Positions 14,501 through 26,920 of a stretch of DNA of 64,000 bases are shown in pieces. The stretch spans positions 90,212,001 through 90,276,000 of the forward strand of contig OZ076409.1 of NCBI GenBank assembly GCA_964187785.1, given 5' to 3'. The position numbers and the translations under genes were made by a program. The first letter of the stretch is position 1. Each line of letters opens with the position of its first letter. Below the pieces are notes generated by a model that was not told where the DNA came from, did not search any database, and saw only the letters and a program-made list of their open reading frames with translations. The stretch is from Amphiscolops sp. MND2022 (lineage: Eukaryota).

Positions 14501-15464
14501 TGTTTTTTTTTTTAAAATAAATTTGTCCTCCACTGGCTGAAGTTTCCTTATTTGATTTTTTTGGATGGTTATTGACACTGCGAAATGACTCTGCAGCGTG
14601 ACGACACCACTTCCAACGCTCACTTTTAGACTGCACTTCTAGACTGGCCCTTTCGTTAAATAATGGACAAACATCACCTTTGGCTAACAAACCTCGTTTT
14701 GTAGCGCGCGGTCCTTTTTTCAGAAAAAAGTGAAAAGAATATAATAAAGAGAAGCATAAAAGATGAAAAAATATTTAAATGAGTAATTTGTAATCTATAG
14801 GAAGAAGAAATGATCGCATCTTTGGTTGACGTGGCTGGTTTGAGCTCCAGTGATCTCATGTCTGTGCTCATGACAATCTTTCCTGATCGCTCCAACACAG
14901 AGCTACAGCAAATGTGCTCGAGATTAGCCGTCGCCGATGGTGGCAAAAAGACGAACGACCAAAAGACTGCTGATGAAATTTTGCCTGTACAGAGGTATGT
15001 GAATTCCTTATGACGAAATTTTTACCTTCGTTCCAGAGTTTTGACACCGCTAATCAGCGAATTAGTGGCCGCACAGACATTTTCAGTGATTCTATTAGCG
15101 ATTAAAATTAGCGGCAATAGGTAGATTGTCCAAAATTTCTCCGGAAAATACGCGGAGTTTCAAAATGAATTTCGAAAAATTCCAATTCTTTATCTGTAAA
15201 ATCCACACAGTATTGAAAATTCTAGTTCATATATAAAACATTCTTGAATTCAAACATTTAATAGTTTGAAGAAAAGAATTTTTAGCGAAATAGCGATTTT
15301 AAAATTAGCGGTTTAGCGATTTGCGAAAAAATAATGAACATGGATTTTGAAATACACGAGCTTTTATGAGTCAAAATGTTTTTAGTGAGTCTGCCGAGCA
15401 GCTGCGAAAACTGATCCGAATGGAGTTTCTGTCGGAAGAAATGGAAGAAGCTAAATCTCGATGA
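2594..15464 (+). CDS. EVC2: EVC2/Limbin-like single-pass membrane coiled-coil protein (5' partial, multi-exon)
   Basis: GT-AG exon chain, phase-consistent except the unresolved junction after the TM exon: 2594-2802, 2870-3028, 3292-3404, 4340-4583, 4647-4721, 4903-~5000 (TM helix VIVAILICFILGFLLMFLILTLMVL), 5222-5331, 5460-5638, 5920-6163, ~6245-6325, 6400-6510, 6852-~7215, ~7644-7870, ~8401-8592, ~9227-9336, ~9412-9509, 10562-10772, ~11667-11903, 12318-12479, ~13108-13237, 13314-~13371, 13731-13818, 14801-~14994, 15386-15464. Motifs resemble human EVC2 as I recall it: ILSIED...ITLLLKNM (ILSFED...IALLLKNL), SLPKAKMR (ALPKIRAR), QEEKIAAFVVAQELQKAR (QEGGFAQSLVALQFQKASR), MIASLVDVAGLSSSDLMSVLMTIFP (LASYLARMAMVPGATLRRLLSVVLP). 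Confidence 0.8.
6584..6845. mobile_element. hAT-type MITE (gagttttgacaccgctaat family) with 8-bp TSD TTTCAGAC
   Basis: TTTCAGAC occurs at 6576-6583 and 6846-6853. The body resembles copies at ~15034-15325, 20065-20385 and ~22475-22770. Confidence 0.75.
7933..8326 (-). mobile_element. Helentron/DINE-like element
   Basis: aacaagccgggaacggc..agtcggcgc at the left end and gcgccgactaaaaa at the right end. Confidence 0.65.
12579..12994. mobile_element. MITE with AGGAGTCGGAAA / TTTCCGACTCCT inverted termini
   Basis: 12-bp inverted repeat; a partial related copy lies at ~29882-30140. Confidence 0.55.
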
Positions 15465-15847
15465 TGAACCCTCTATCTTGTTGAATCTTCTGAACTTTGA
15501 GCTTGCGTTTCCAACTCTTTACTAATGACTACTGCTGGAAAACATGGATTCATTGCCACGAGAAATCTATTTTCAAAAAAATCACTCACCGGTAGAAGTG
15601 TACATGTATATGATTTGTAAATATAACTTATGTCTGAATTGGAATAATTCTCTGTAGATAGATACAATTGTATATAATGAAAATGATAATGACGTTGGTT
15701 TTCACAAACAGCTAGGGGCATTTTGATTTTCTGTTTCTCCGACTCTTAGATATTATTACACTTGCGATAAGCAAGTGTTATGGAAAAGTGCGGGTGCTTT
15801 TTTTCCGCGCGACAACTCTCGTTTCAGCCCGCAAGTCGCATAGTTCA

Positions 15848-15923
15848 GGCGTTCGTGGTCTAGTGGTAAGATGCTTGCCTTTCAACCCAGAGGGTTCGGG
15901 TTCGAACCCGTGCGCATGCGCCA
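15848..15923 (+). pseudogene. tRNA-like sequence or SINE head (TTC in the anticodon-loop position)
   Basis: A box TGGTCTAGTGG, B box GTTCGAACC, ends in CCA followed by a T-run; stems pair poorly. Confidence 0.55.
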
Positions 15924-15939
15924 TTTTTTTTTACAAATA

Positions 15940-17000
15940 TTCCGAAGCAGAAGTTTCTCACTTTTTCCTCACTATGAGACTCCACCCTTTTTTCGGCTTT
16001 GGGAGACTTTTTTCGACAGTTTTTTAATATCCCCAAAGGATCCTCCCTTCAATTTTTTGATATTTTGCAACAGAACAAATGTTGAAAAATCTTAAAGGGT
16101 CCCTTCTTTCAGGTTTTTCGGCACTATGAGACTGTTAAAAATTCTCAATTTTTGTTTTCGAAAAGTTTTCAAAGTCTCAAGGGTTCCCATTCGATTTTTT
16201 TGAAATTTTGCAACAGAATGGATGTTAAAAAATCTCAAAGGCCCCCCTTTACAGTTTTCGGCATTGTGAGATTTTTCGAAATGAATAATTTTTGTCTGTT
16301 TTCTCAGGCCCAGCACGCTATGTCCGATTTTTGTTTTTTTTCAAAGACCGGTGTTTTTATGCCAGTTTTTTTGCACATGACGAAGTCAATGTGCATTGCA
16401 GTCCAGCTAAGTAAGTTTTTTTCCACTTAGTCAACTTCATGATGAGCGCCTTTTAGAAAAAAGCCAAAACCCCAGAGAGATTCGAACCTGCAGCCTCCCG
16501 ATTGCACGGCATAAGTGTTGACCACTGTGCCATAGGGACGTTATTGAACAAAGATGTCTTCGTCATGTGTTGCGAAGCACCGCTTCGCCTCTGTGTTTCT
16601 AATTTGTTTTCATCGAAGCTCCCCTCAATTTTTACTAGAAACGAAACGTTTTGCGAGCATAAAGAACTCAAGGTTTTCGGCACTGTGCGATTTACCGGAG
16701 ACCTTCAGTTAAAAAACCTTTCGAAAAATGACGAATTTTTTTCAATTTTCTGTTTTAAAAAAAATGTTTTCGGTTGAGAAAGATGGGTTTTTTGCTGTTT
16801 CCAGTTGAAGAAGAATGGTTTTGGAGATCTATGCGTATCCCTTCGTGTATTTTTGGCGCTGTAAAATTGACGAAATTTTAACAATAGTTTGCTTTTACGC
16901 TTGGTTCTCCGTATGACCTTTATTTGGTTTTATTCAAAAGTTCACAACTTTCTTCGCAAGTGTTTGCGAAGCACGGCTTCGCCTTTGTGTGAAATCATTG
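15940..17000 (+). mobile_element. Composite Helentron/DINE-like repeat body
   Basis: aagggtcccc / ttcggcactatg / ttttgcaacagaa modules are shared with ~48890-49730. Confidence 0.5.
16463..16539 (-). pseudogene. tRNA-like sequence or SINE head
   Basis: The minus strand reads TGGCACAGTGG...GGTTCGAATC; stems are degenerate. Confidence 0.45.
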
Positions 17001-17054
17001 AAAGAGCAGCCACAGCTGTGGAAGTTGGAACATTTTTGAAAGTAACCAATACTG

Positions 17055-17650
17055 TTTTTAGTCGGCGTTTTCGAAAATGCACTACTCTTACAGTGGCTAG
17101 TTTTTTTTCGTCAGTTCAACGCGATCGATCCACTTTTTCTGTTCATTCAGACTTTTTCTGTTCAGACATTCAGAAGCTTCAGACTTTCAGAAGGAGAACG
17201 TAGGGTTCGAGTCTCGCCCTAAACCATAAGTTTTTTAACGTTTCCAAAAGTAGAGGTTAGACCAAAGGGTCCCCCCTTTGGATTTTTTCGGCACTATGCT
17301 TTTTTCCGAAAATTTTCGAATTCTATCAAAGGGTACCCCCTTGAATTTTTTTGAAGTTGTCTGTTTGTAAAAAGCGTTCAATGAGCCTAGGTCTCTTTTT
17401 GAGTTTTTCGGCATTATGCGACTTTTTTTACCAACTACTTTTTTGAAAAGTTTAAATTTTTCTCAAAGGCAAATTAGTTTTTTCTGATGTTTCCGGTGCA
17501 GAAAAAAAACTGTTTTCGAGTTTCGGGGAAAACCCTTTCGGATTTTTCGGCACTGTGTGATTAATGAAAAATTTCACAATAGGCTGAGTTTTTCCTTGAA
17601 TATTATTGAGCCTTAGATATGACGCCGACTTGGGCCGCATCCGGCTTGTT
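17055..17650 (+). mobile_element. Helentron/DINE-like element with co-varying sub-TIRs
   Basis: 5' AGTCGGCGT, 3' ACGCCGACT, then a gccg-catc-cggc hairpin and ttgtt. Confidence 0.65.
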
Positions 17651-18798
17651 TAGAAAAAAGACGCTATTATTACAGTTTCTAATTGTCTTTCCTCCAGTCT
17701 CACAAATAAGTGTGCTCTTTTTGACAGCAATCTTTGAACTGTCCACGCAATTTCGAACACATACTGGCTACCCTGCATCAGGGGGGCTGGGAATCATGTG
17801 TTAGAAAGTTCGAGTCATGCGCTGGAACAAAATTTTTTAAATGTTTGCAAAGGTCGAGGGGAGACTAAACGGTGCGCCAACTTCGAAAAAATATATTTTA
17901 CCGAAGAGTACACTTTTCAGTTTCGTGTTTTTAGCAAGAAGAAAAAGCGTTTTTGTGAGCGTAGTGGGTTTCCCTTTGGGTTTTCCACACTGTGCGACTT
18001 GAAAAAAATTTCTTTGCAAATGATTTTTTCAAAGTTTTCCCACAAATTTGGGTTTTGATGTTTTCAGTTGATGAAAAAGCGTTTTTCGAGTCTCAAGGAT
18101 GTCCACTTCGTTTAGTTTTCGGTGCTGTGAAATAGATGAGAGTTTTCTCAATAGATGTTTTTGAGCATATTTAAAGGACTTTGCTCTTTTTGAGCCTTAA
18201 GCGGGGCTCCAATTTGGGCCTTTCCTGGCTTGTTTACTTGATGTAAATTGCAAAAGTTCTACTAGCCAAATTATAATTGTTCTAAAAATCTATCTGGAAG
18301 TGAAAGGTATTGGCAAACTAATTAATCTTTCACTACAGAAAGTTAACGTTCCAATCATGATTTTTGATGTTCATTGAGAATTTTTTGCAGCTGCAAAAAT
18401 TTAACTGAGATTCGTAAGGACCTGAACAGACCATTTTCAAAGTGCTACTGATTTCTTTATTCATTTCCCTACAATTTTCCTTATATATTTTCGTTTCCGT
18501 AGATAATCATCCAAAAATAGTATTCATTTTTGTCACCTCTTCGTGCCAGCCAGGTTTCAAATTTCGCGTTTTTGTTATGAGTTTTTTTCAACTGTTTTTC
18601 TCTAATTTCTTTGAAGGTCTTCGTTTGTATCTCCTGTGAAAGTTTCGATGTCATGTAATTTTTTGTGTTTCTTTGAAGGTATTTGTATCAATCTCCTGTG
18701 AATGTTTCGATGTTATGTATATTTTGAAGAATTTTTGTTTTTCAGACAGTAATGGTGTTAGTGCTGACCTGACATGCTAATCATATTGAGACGTTGAC

Positions 18799-21700
18799 AT
18801 GGGCTCCTCGGATATCCATAGCCCCATTGTATACTCGTACGGTTCTTCTACCGTCGTCAAATTGTCTCAGGAAGGTCATTGCCAGTTGAATAATCTCTTC
18901 CCCAATTGTCGATTGCAAAATCTAATCGAGTAAATTCATTCTAGCATCGTCAGATAAACGAGTTCAAGTTGGAGACGACTACCAGGTTGATGTGCCAACG
19001 TTACTTGGTGAGCATACTCTTGCGGAATACTTGGGTTAGTTTTAAGGGCTCTAATAAGAATTGATGCTACATTTTGTTTTTCAAAAACGTTTTCTGATTT
19101 CAGTATTTTTCTGATTTTAGAAATCGCAGACCCGTGTGAACCTATTTGGTCGCCTTTTGCGCATCAGTTGACAACAAATGAAGGTTGGCGGATTCTCTGG
19201 CAGATTATCACTCGTTCATTCACATTTACTTCATTTTCCGACCGTCGATTTATTGTGTAAGGGAGGAAATTTACCGTCTGTGTAGCGTTTTCCCCAAAAT
19301 TTGTCAATCTCCACTATTACCTCATTTAGTATGTGGGTTTTTTAGTCACCGTGGCCCAGTTGGTAGTATGTCCGCCTGGCAGATAGCAGGTCCTGGGTTC
19401 GAACCCGGGCTGTGGCCAGAATTTTTTGTAGCGGAAAAGATCCCGGTGCTTAGCGTCTTGATGCTATGTAGCCCGATTGTTATGTTCCATCGACTGCTGG
19501 ATTGAGGTCCAGAATATTGAAAAGATCAACAGATTCTCGTTTTGATTGGCTTCTGGTAGTGTTTCTGAAATTGGACCTAAACTGCAAGAAGTTTCTTGAT
19601 TTCTAATCTTTAACTTTATAAACATAAAACGTCGAACTGTCTGATCGAAGCATAAAATGCTTTAATGTTTCAGTGGAAGACTACATAAAAAGCACAGTGG
19701 ATCCTAATGGAATCAACGAGGAACAAGCTCTTGCCATGCTGACCTATCACAACTTTGATTTATCATTAGCTCGTAATGAGTTGAAAAAGTACAGACCTAT
19801 GGAGACGCATTGGTCCGAAAATGACAGAATTTCATTCGAGAATGCCTTCAAGAATCAGGGTAAAAATTTCTCCAAGATTCAACAAGCAGTGCCTCACAAA
19901 AGCGTGGATGAAGTTGTATTCTTCTACTACTCTTGGAAAAAACCCAAAATCAAAACCACTGTCATGGACCGGTACGTCGAACAGTACCACGACGAGCGAC
20001 CTCGCATTTACTGGTGATTGTTTTCTTTCATTTCCTTCGTCGCATTCTTTGAAACTCTTCCTATCAAAGTTTTGACACCGCTAATTAGCAAATTAATGGC
20101 CGCGCATTTTAAAGCGATTTTATTCGCGATTCAAATTAGCGGCAGCTAATAGATTGTCCAAATTCAAAATTTCCTCGGAGTATACACATAATTTCAAAAA
20201 AAAATCGAAAAAATCCAACTCTTACCCTTTTAAAACCCACACAATCTGGAAAACTCTTTTGTCTTGCAAAAACTGAATTAAGTTTAAATTCACAACAAAA
20301 TTGAATTCAAACATTTAATAGTTTGAAGAAAAAAGTTTTCAGCGAAATAGCGATTAGTGAAAAAATTAGCGGTGTCAATAACCTGCGTCCAATGCACAAC
20401 GGGACAACTATTTTAGGAAAGTGTCTGTCACTGCAATTCAACATTTGCTTTTAAATTTTAGCGGTTTGGAGTCCGAAGACGACGAAGCCCTTGCAGTATT
20501 CAGAAAGCGTTGGAAGTTAGAAACTCTGAATACCAAACAGGCGGCTTCAGATTATCACATGGCCAAAAAACCTCGACTTGACGCTAAGCAGTTGATCGTT
20601 TTGGAAGACAATGATCAGGAGTCCACAGACTCGAAGTCAGAAGCTTTTGGAAGCAGTAGCTGCAGCAGCGGTGACCGAAGCTCCAGTGTGAGCACTTACA
20701 CGCACCTGCCGAGCTACATGAGATTGGAATCCAACCAGTTGATTAGTTTAGCCATCAATTCTTCGAACTGGGAAGAAGACAAATTGCATATGAAAAACGC
20801 TATTCGCAGTCTAGAGTACGAGGTGGTATCCCACGCTTATCTAGGAATATTAAACCTCATTGCATGGCATTTTAAATGGAGTTCCTTTTTAACAGGTGCA
20901 GAGCTTGAAGCGCAGAAACAATGAGACGATAAGCAAACTGGACTGCAATGTTAAAGATGTAGGTTGATTTTTCTAATGATGAATTATTTATGTTTGAAGC
21001 ATTCGAATTAGTCAAGAAGCAAGGCTTGCTTTCAATATCTACTCAGTAAAAGTGGTGGGCATTGTTATTTGTCAACAGATTTTGGTCAACTGTAGGCAAG
21101 GCCCGGATTTTCATGCGTTAAAAACACATGAATAATGCGTTAAAAATTGACGAATATGCGTGAAAATATGCGTAAAACCTAGAGTGAATTCAACTTTTCT
21201 TCTGGTAAAACGAGTATACAAATCAAAATTTTCAAATTAATTGCAAACAGTATTGTACCAATAGATGATCAAATGATAATGATGTTTGAGATATTCAACA
21301 TTTAAACTCATCCTCTGAGGAGACAAAACTTCGCCTATGCTCGAAAACACCCTTTCAATTTCTGCAGAAACCAATGGGGCATTTTTGTAGATTCGGGCTT
21401 TCAATGGATCGATCGACGTTTCATTAACTCTTTCTCCGGAAATAACTAACGCAAATTTACGCATTTTATTGATATCCGGGTTTCTCTTCTGAATTGACTC
21501 CAGTTTGTTCTTGTACTGTTCGCCATTTACATTAGATATAACTTTGTCCAACAACTCAAACTGTTTCAACAACGGCAATCGCCTCTGTATTTCAGTGATA
21601 ACCTCAGGTAGAAACTTAAAAGTAGCAGTAATAAATCCCAACTCTTGGCGCAAATTAGGGTCATTCATGAGATCCTGTAACTTCTTAATTTCTTTATTTT

Positions 21701-24700
21701 TCGATTCCTCCTCAGATAAGTAGTACAAATATTGTTGAAACTCATCAAAGTGCTCAGTGTAATAAAAGCAGGTTACCAACCACGAAGACCAGCGTGTTAG
21801 CACTGGGACGGGGGCAAAGGAAGACCCAATAAGTTTTTATAGTCTTTGTCATCAGCTGCAATTACATAAAAGTTTGGCAACCTTCGAGATAAAGAAATCA
21901 GCTGCAGAGTTTTGGGACCTCACAAACTCTGCCAGGCGGTTGAAACCATGAGCAAGGCAGGTTACGTGTAGAAGCTCCGGATATAAATTTTTCAGCGATA
22001 AAGCTGCCTTGATCATGTGACTGGCTCCGTTTGAAACGATAAGTCTGAATTTTGAATAATCGATATTTGAATCATTACGTTTGTCGCACTATCAAATTCA
22101 ACAACGCAGATGGTACAAATATTTTTTTATTCAGAATCTTGCTGATAACTCCAATTTGAAACACTGCCCTGTAAGGTTTTATTAAAATCAAACCCATGCA
22201 ACTTATGCTTCGGCATCAAAAGAAAATCGAAATCACGTAAATGCAAATGATTGAAACAAAGTGCGGAAAGTGAATGAAATTTGCAAAGCAAACAAAGGCA
22301 GCAGCTAAAGTACATGTACATTCACATAAATTACTAAAGTACTGTACATGTACAACGAAATATGCGTATAAAAATGCAAAATATGCGTAAAAATAAATTT
22401 AATGCAAATATGCGTAAAAACATGCGTTATGCACTTTGCATGAAAATCCGGGCCTTGACTGTAGGTTATCATTGGAGTTTTGACACTGCTAATTGGCGAA
22501 TAAGCGCCCGCGCTGAATTTTTCGGCGCTTTTATGAGCGATTCAAATTAGCGGCAACTAATAGATTGTCCAAAGTTTCTGTGAGTATACACGGAGTTTCA
22601 AAATCTTCCAATCTCTACCCCTATTTGTAACCCACACACAGTAAGAAAAATTCTAGTATTTTATCTTGCAATTTTTGAAACATAATTGAAGTCAAAAATT
22701 TGTTTGAAAAAATGTTTTTCAGCGAAATAGTCATTTTAGAATTAGCGATTACCGGAAAGACTTCGGGATGTCGAAACCCTCGTTATCATACAATGAGGCC
22801 AATAGTTTCAGTTAAAAATTGCAGAAGACCTCGCTGTAGTGTGCAAGGCAATGCTCAAACGTACATAGTTTCCTCAAGCTAGTGGGGAACGTCCGCTCAA
22901 ATACTTTGTTCAACATTTGATTTTTTTTCTAGTTCTCCAAGCTGGTCTCCAGTTTTCGCAGTCCCCAGCAATCTTCCTGGACCAAGGAAGAAGAGACAGC
23001 CTGTGTGCAAGCGTTGTATGAGTACGGTGTTGGGAATTTGGAGGCCGTTTCTTTCGTGCTGGGGGGAAGCAAAAGTGTTGCCCAAATTCAAAACTTCTTG
23101 CCTTTGGCGCGTATCAAATACAGGCTCACAGACTTGCTCTCTTCACAAAGACCTACTACAAGTCATCACGAAGTAAGATCACTAAAACAAATTGAACTCT
23201 TTAAGGTGCTCGCTGGAGGAGAATTGAAAAACACCTTGAACCCAGCTTTTTGCGGACTTTCTGTTCCATTCCTTCTCCGCTTCGAGTAATCAAATGCATA
23301 TTTTTCCCCGCGCTGTGGAACGTTTTAAGTAAGCAAGCGGGAGCTCTTTTGCAGAATGTCTATTCAGAAACCGTGTGACATGTGCAGTGTTTTAAAATAA
23401 CGCAACTCCGTGGCTAGAAATAGATAAATTCAAATCCATGTATCTCGAAAACCGTCGAGAAAAAACCTCAGCTACAAAAGGTTTTCCTAGTGACAAATTT
23501 CAGGAACTTTTCATCATTTTCAAAAAAAAATCGATTCAAAATCAACATTTTTGGGGATTGTTGTTTATCCTGAAACTCCTTACATTCTCATGAGTCCACT
23601 CAATTGTCTTGATTTAGATTTCTTTATAATTTAGAAGAAATTACCAATATTTATGTCTGTGTCAACTCTTGAAATTGAAAAGGTTTTACAAACAAAACAT
23701 CAATATCCTCAGAAAATTATTTGGCTCACAGTTCCTGAGGTTAAGTTTTTGGACTTCCTGAGAATTCACAAGAAGTGAAATTTTGAAAAATTTGTTAATT
23801 CGGGGAAGCAATTTGTTTTGCATTTTGCAATTTTGAGCAAAAGTGTTCCATCATTTTACAATTCCCATGACAAAGTGTTCTCTTTCTATATCGTCCTAAT
23901 TTTGGAGAGGCGCAATGCCACCACGATATTTCCCGTATAGTGTTACAAGACTTCAAGGAAAGAATCAGACATTTTCAAAATTTAATTTCCTGAATCATCT
24001 CAACTAAAAATGCCACAGAACTGAAAAGTTCTTCATACATGAAGAAATCTGATTAAGCGGCTTCCATCGCCTTCTTCTTGGCAAGACCTTGTAGTTATCT
24101 GCGTTTTATCAGAAAACGGTATTATAGATTTTGGCAAAGTTCGACACTGGCTAAATGCAAACTCCCGTCTACTTGCAAGATCTGATCTCGGAGTATGAAT
24201 TCGAGTCTTCGTTCTCGAACTTGTTTTTAGGGCTGACCGTAATTTTTAATCGTTTTTAACCAATCATAGGATATACAAAAGTTTTTGCGCTTTGAAATTT
24301 TTTGTGTGCAAAATCGACTGTTTTCAAGTTTTTTTGGTACACTAGTGTATCAGCCACGTTTATAAGCTTTCATTTTGATTTACGCTGCTGTGTATACTCA
24401 GAGTGCTACTTTCAAATAGTAAGAATAGTTGTAAAAACGGTTGTTTGTAGTCTCAGCTATGTTCAAATTGAGTAGAGTTGTTTTTTTTCAGGTCTCACCT
24501 CTCCGTAATGCATCTGGTATCAATTCTGCATGCGGAACATCGACTGTTACGCGTGCCCAATTACCGCTTGCACCTACTGCCAACATCAACGGTATCATTC
24601 AGAATGGACTCCATGGTCATTCTTCAGACAACAATCGTACTGCTCAAACTGGTAGTGCATCATCTGCAAGGGTGGCGGCGAACTCAGTAGTTGACGATGA

Positions 24701-24836
24701 TGACGATGACATAGTTGAAATTTTCCCTCATTCCACTTTGCAGAAGTCCTTCAACGAAACCAGGTACGTACGTGGTGACCATGATGACAAGGCACCAAAA
24801 GAGTGTTGGAAGATCTCACTCAGGATTAATTGTTGA
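18799..24836 (+). CDS. RCOR: REST corepressor (CoREST/RCOR)-like ELM2-SANT-SANT protein
   Basis: Exons 18799-18874, 18945-19007 (ELM2 VQVGDDYQVDVP), 19121-19183, 19674-~19971 (EEQALAML, SANT1 WSENDRISFENAF...FYYSWKK..KTTVMDR), 20462-~20822, 20896-20958, 22933-23172 (SANT2 WTKEEETACVQAL...KSVAQIQNF), 24492-24836. The last exon boundary is less certain. Confidence 0.88.
19345..19460 (+). mobile_element. tRNA-derived SINE-like insert in an RCOR intron
   Basis: A box TGGCCCAGTTGG and B box GGTTCGAACCC. The tail ggaaaa.atcccggtgc recurs at ~33185 (+) and ~27385 (-). Confidence 0.55.
20065..20385. mobile_element. hAT-type MITE
   Basis: TIRs caaagttttgacaccgctaat / attagcggtgtcaataacctg; decayed 8-bp TSD cttcctat/cgtccaat. 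Confidence 0.7.
21097..22457 (-). mobile_element. Internally deleted hAT DNA transposon in an RCOR intron
   Basis: Perfect TIRs CAAGGCCCGGATTTTCATGC, perfect 8-bp TSD ACTGTAGG (21089-21096 and 22458-22465), subterminal atatgcgtaaaa repeats. Confidence 0.92.
21237..22076 (-). pseudogene. hAT transposase C-terminal remnant (disrupted, N-terminus missing)
   Basis: LIVSNGASHMIKA (N where the catalytic D is expected), HVTCLAHG (CxxH), PVLTRWSSW, APLVSAEIERVFS. Confidence 0.85.
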
Positions 24837-25583
24837 AATGAGAATTCAAGTTTTCAAGCACGAAATTGTTCCAAAAATCAATATTGAGTTGCAATTTTCT
24901 CTCGCTTAGTATAACCGAGAAAAGTTGGGGTTTGAAAAATTTGATTCTTTTTATAAATGTAAGATCACATTTCTTAGCTATTTACAAATTCGATGATCGA
25001 ATGAAACAAATGAATTTTTGAACGTACGGTTTCTGCACCATCAAAAGATTTTGAAGAGAGCATTTTGAACTGTAAATGATAGGAGTATGTCGAGATCAGT
25101 TATTTTGTTAGACGAAAAGTTCAGCTGAAATGATGTTGATTCCTCCTTGATTCTTGTTGTTGTTTTAGGAATGTGGTTTCTGGAGTTATGACTTCCAATT
25201 AGACGAACTTTAATAGTATTAATGAAATGATATATGAATTATAGATGTATAAACTTTCTCCTATTTTCGTTGTTTTGTCTGACTGGTCGCATTTTTTTGT
25301 ATTGTTTAAAATATACACAGTAATGCTAGTTCTATCGTTTTTGCTTTTATTCTCTAGGCACTGAGCTTCATTGTAGACATGACAATTACCCAATTAGATG
25401 AGAGCAGTTTTGAAGAATATTTTTTCACATGTCTGATTTTCAGTTGTTCTCAGCAAAAATACGATTGCTCGCGTTTCCACGCATGACTTTTTATGAAAAA
25501 ACCTTGCGAAAGTCGCTTTGAATGTCGTGATCAAAGTCATCGAGATTAATCTTCAATTTTGACTTGTTAGTTATAGTTACCAA

Positions 25584-25989
25584 CAGTGAATTAGGTTGTA
25601 CCAAAAGACGCGCTTATGACTGTCCCGCTAACGCTGAAGCGGCGCTTTTTGGAAGAAAACTTTGGCTCAGCGTGTTTGAGTTTTCTAAAGCTGCATTTTC
25701 TTCACATTTCGAACTTTTGGAAATTTCGATCGTTTTTTTCTCGACAAACTATCACCACAAAAGACAAGTCTTTCAACTGTACTGGTGTCGGGTGAAACCT
25801 CCACTACATAAAAAACTACAAAAAAAAACCAATAAAGAGCTTGGCACTTTTTGTTACCAAATTAGGTAAAATTTCCGAACAATTAGATAAGCGAAATTTC
25901 AGTCGTCGCTTTTGCTGCCGGCGCTTATTCGGATATTGCGTCGCTTTCACTTCTTTTGCGCTGTCGCTTACAAGCGACTTAATTCACTG
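25584..25989. mobile_element. hAT-type MITE
   Basis: TIRs CAGTGAATTA / TAATTCACTG; 8-bp TSD gttaccaa/gttaccac. Confidence 0.7.
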
Positions 25990-26280
25990 GTTACCACGTT
26001 AATAGCTGTCCAGATCTCGAATGCTGAAAAATCGTGGTTGCAACTTTTGTAACATTGCGTCATTGACGCTGCTTTAGTCCTCGAAAATACTAGCACTTCT
26101 TTGTTCATCAGTCCATAAAAGTTCATTAGTTTCGAAAACGATGACTAAACAATTCTGAAATTGTAATTGTTGAAGTTATGAAGTCGCCAAATTACACCTT
26201 AAAGCACTCGCTTGCTCTGAATTTGTCAGTATTATGAAACATTTTAATGTTTGAAAATGACTTCAGGTCGATATGTCTCG

Positions 26281-26535
26281 ATGAGTTCTCGGTTGTTCCG
26301 TTTAGTTGGCAAAATCATAGACAATTTGCCTGGCCAAAGATTGGGAGTATATTTGCCGGTTCCTTATTTCTTTCTGGTTGGCGTCGCTTTTGAATATTTC
26401 ATGATCAACGTGAATATTAACGGTGTCAACTTCTACGAAGTAGTGAAGAAGAAAAATTTGGAATACTACGAGAAGGAGAGAAAAAGGAAAGAGTTTGAGC
26501 AAAGCGTTTTGGGCAAATTGAATTCTAAACAGTGA
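26281..26535 (+). CDS. SMIM4: SMIM4/UQCC5-like small mitochondrial inner-membrane protein (84 aa, single exon)
   Basis: IIDNLPGQRLGVYLPVPYFFLVGVAFEYFMINVNINGVNFYEVVKKK resembles SMIM4 as I recall it: ILQRVPGKQRFGIYRFLPFFFVLGGTMEWIMIKVRVGQETFYDVYRRK. Confidence 0.85.
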   Translation: MSSRLFRLVGKIIDNLPGQRLGVYLPVPYFFLVGVAFEYFMINVNINGVNFYEVVKKKNLEYYEKERKRKEFEQSVLGKLNSKQ

Positions 26536-26552
26536 ACAAGAGCTGTATTCCT

Positions 26553-26898
26553 GGTATGCCGAAAACTCGTCGAAAACAACTCGCCGAACGCAACTCGTCC
26601 TAATTAAAGGGCGGAAAAGTGGTCGAAAATTAACTCGTCGAATTATAATTGAGTGCAAACTCGTCGAATATTACAAAACAGATTACAAACAGGGATTATC
26701 CAGTGCTAATTATGGATTAATTTTCCTTGAAATTTTCAGTTTCACGCATAGTAAAGGTTTTTTCAGTTATATAAGTGCTAACACAGTACGATCCCAAAGT
26801 TAGCGCTATATTTGTTTGAGATTATTTTCTGTTCTTGCGACGAGTTTTCCGCAAGAGAATTTTCAGTGAATTGCTTTTCGACGAGTTTTCCTAGACTC
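26553..26898. mobile_element. Mutator-like foldback MITE between SMIM4 and the bZIP gene
   Basis: aactcgtcg repeats on the left and cgacgagtt on the right; 9-bp TSD tgtattcct (26544-26552) / tgtatacct (26899-26907). Confidence 0.7.
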
Positions 26899-26920
26899 TG
26901 TATACCTATCTGTCGGCGGC

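Noticed and set aside
15848..15923. Functional tRNA-Glu(TTC) gene
   Set aside because: Acceptor, anticodon and T stems pair poorly, CCA is genome-encoded, and it sits in repeat DNA.
18606..18720. ~55-bp direct repeat upstream of RCOR as a regulatory module
   Set aside because: It looks like a simple local duplication with no recognisable motif.
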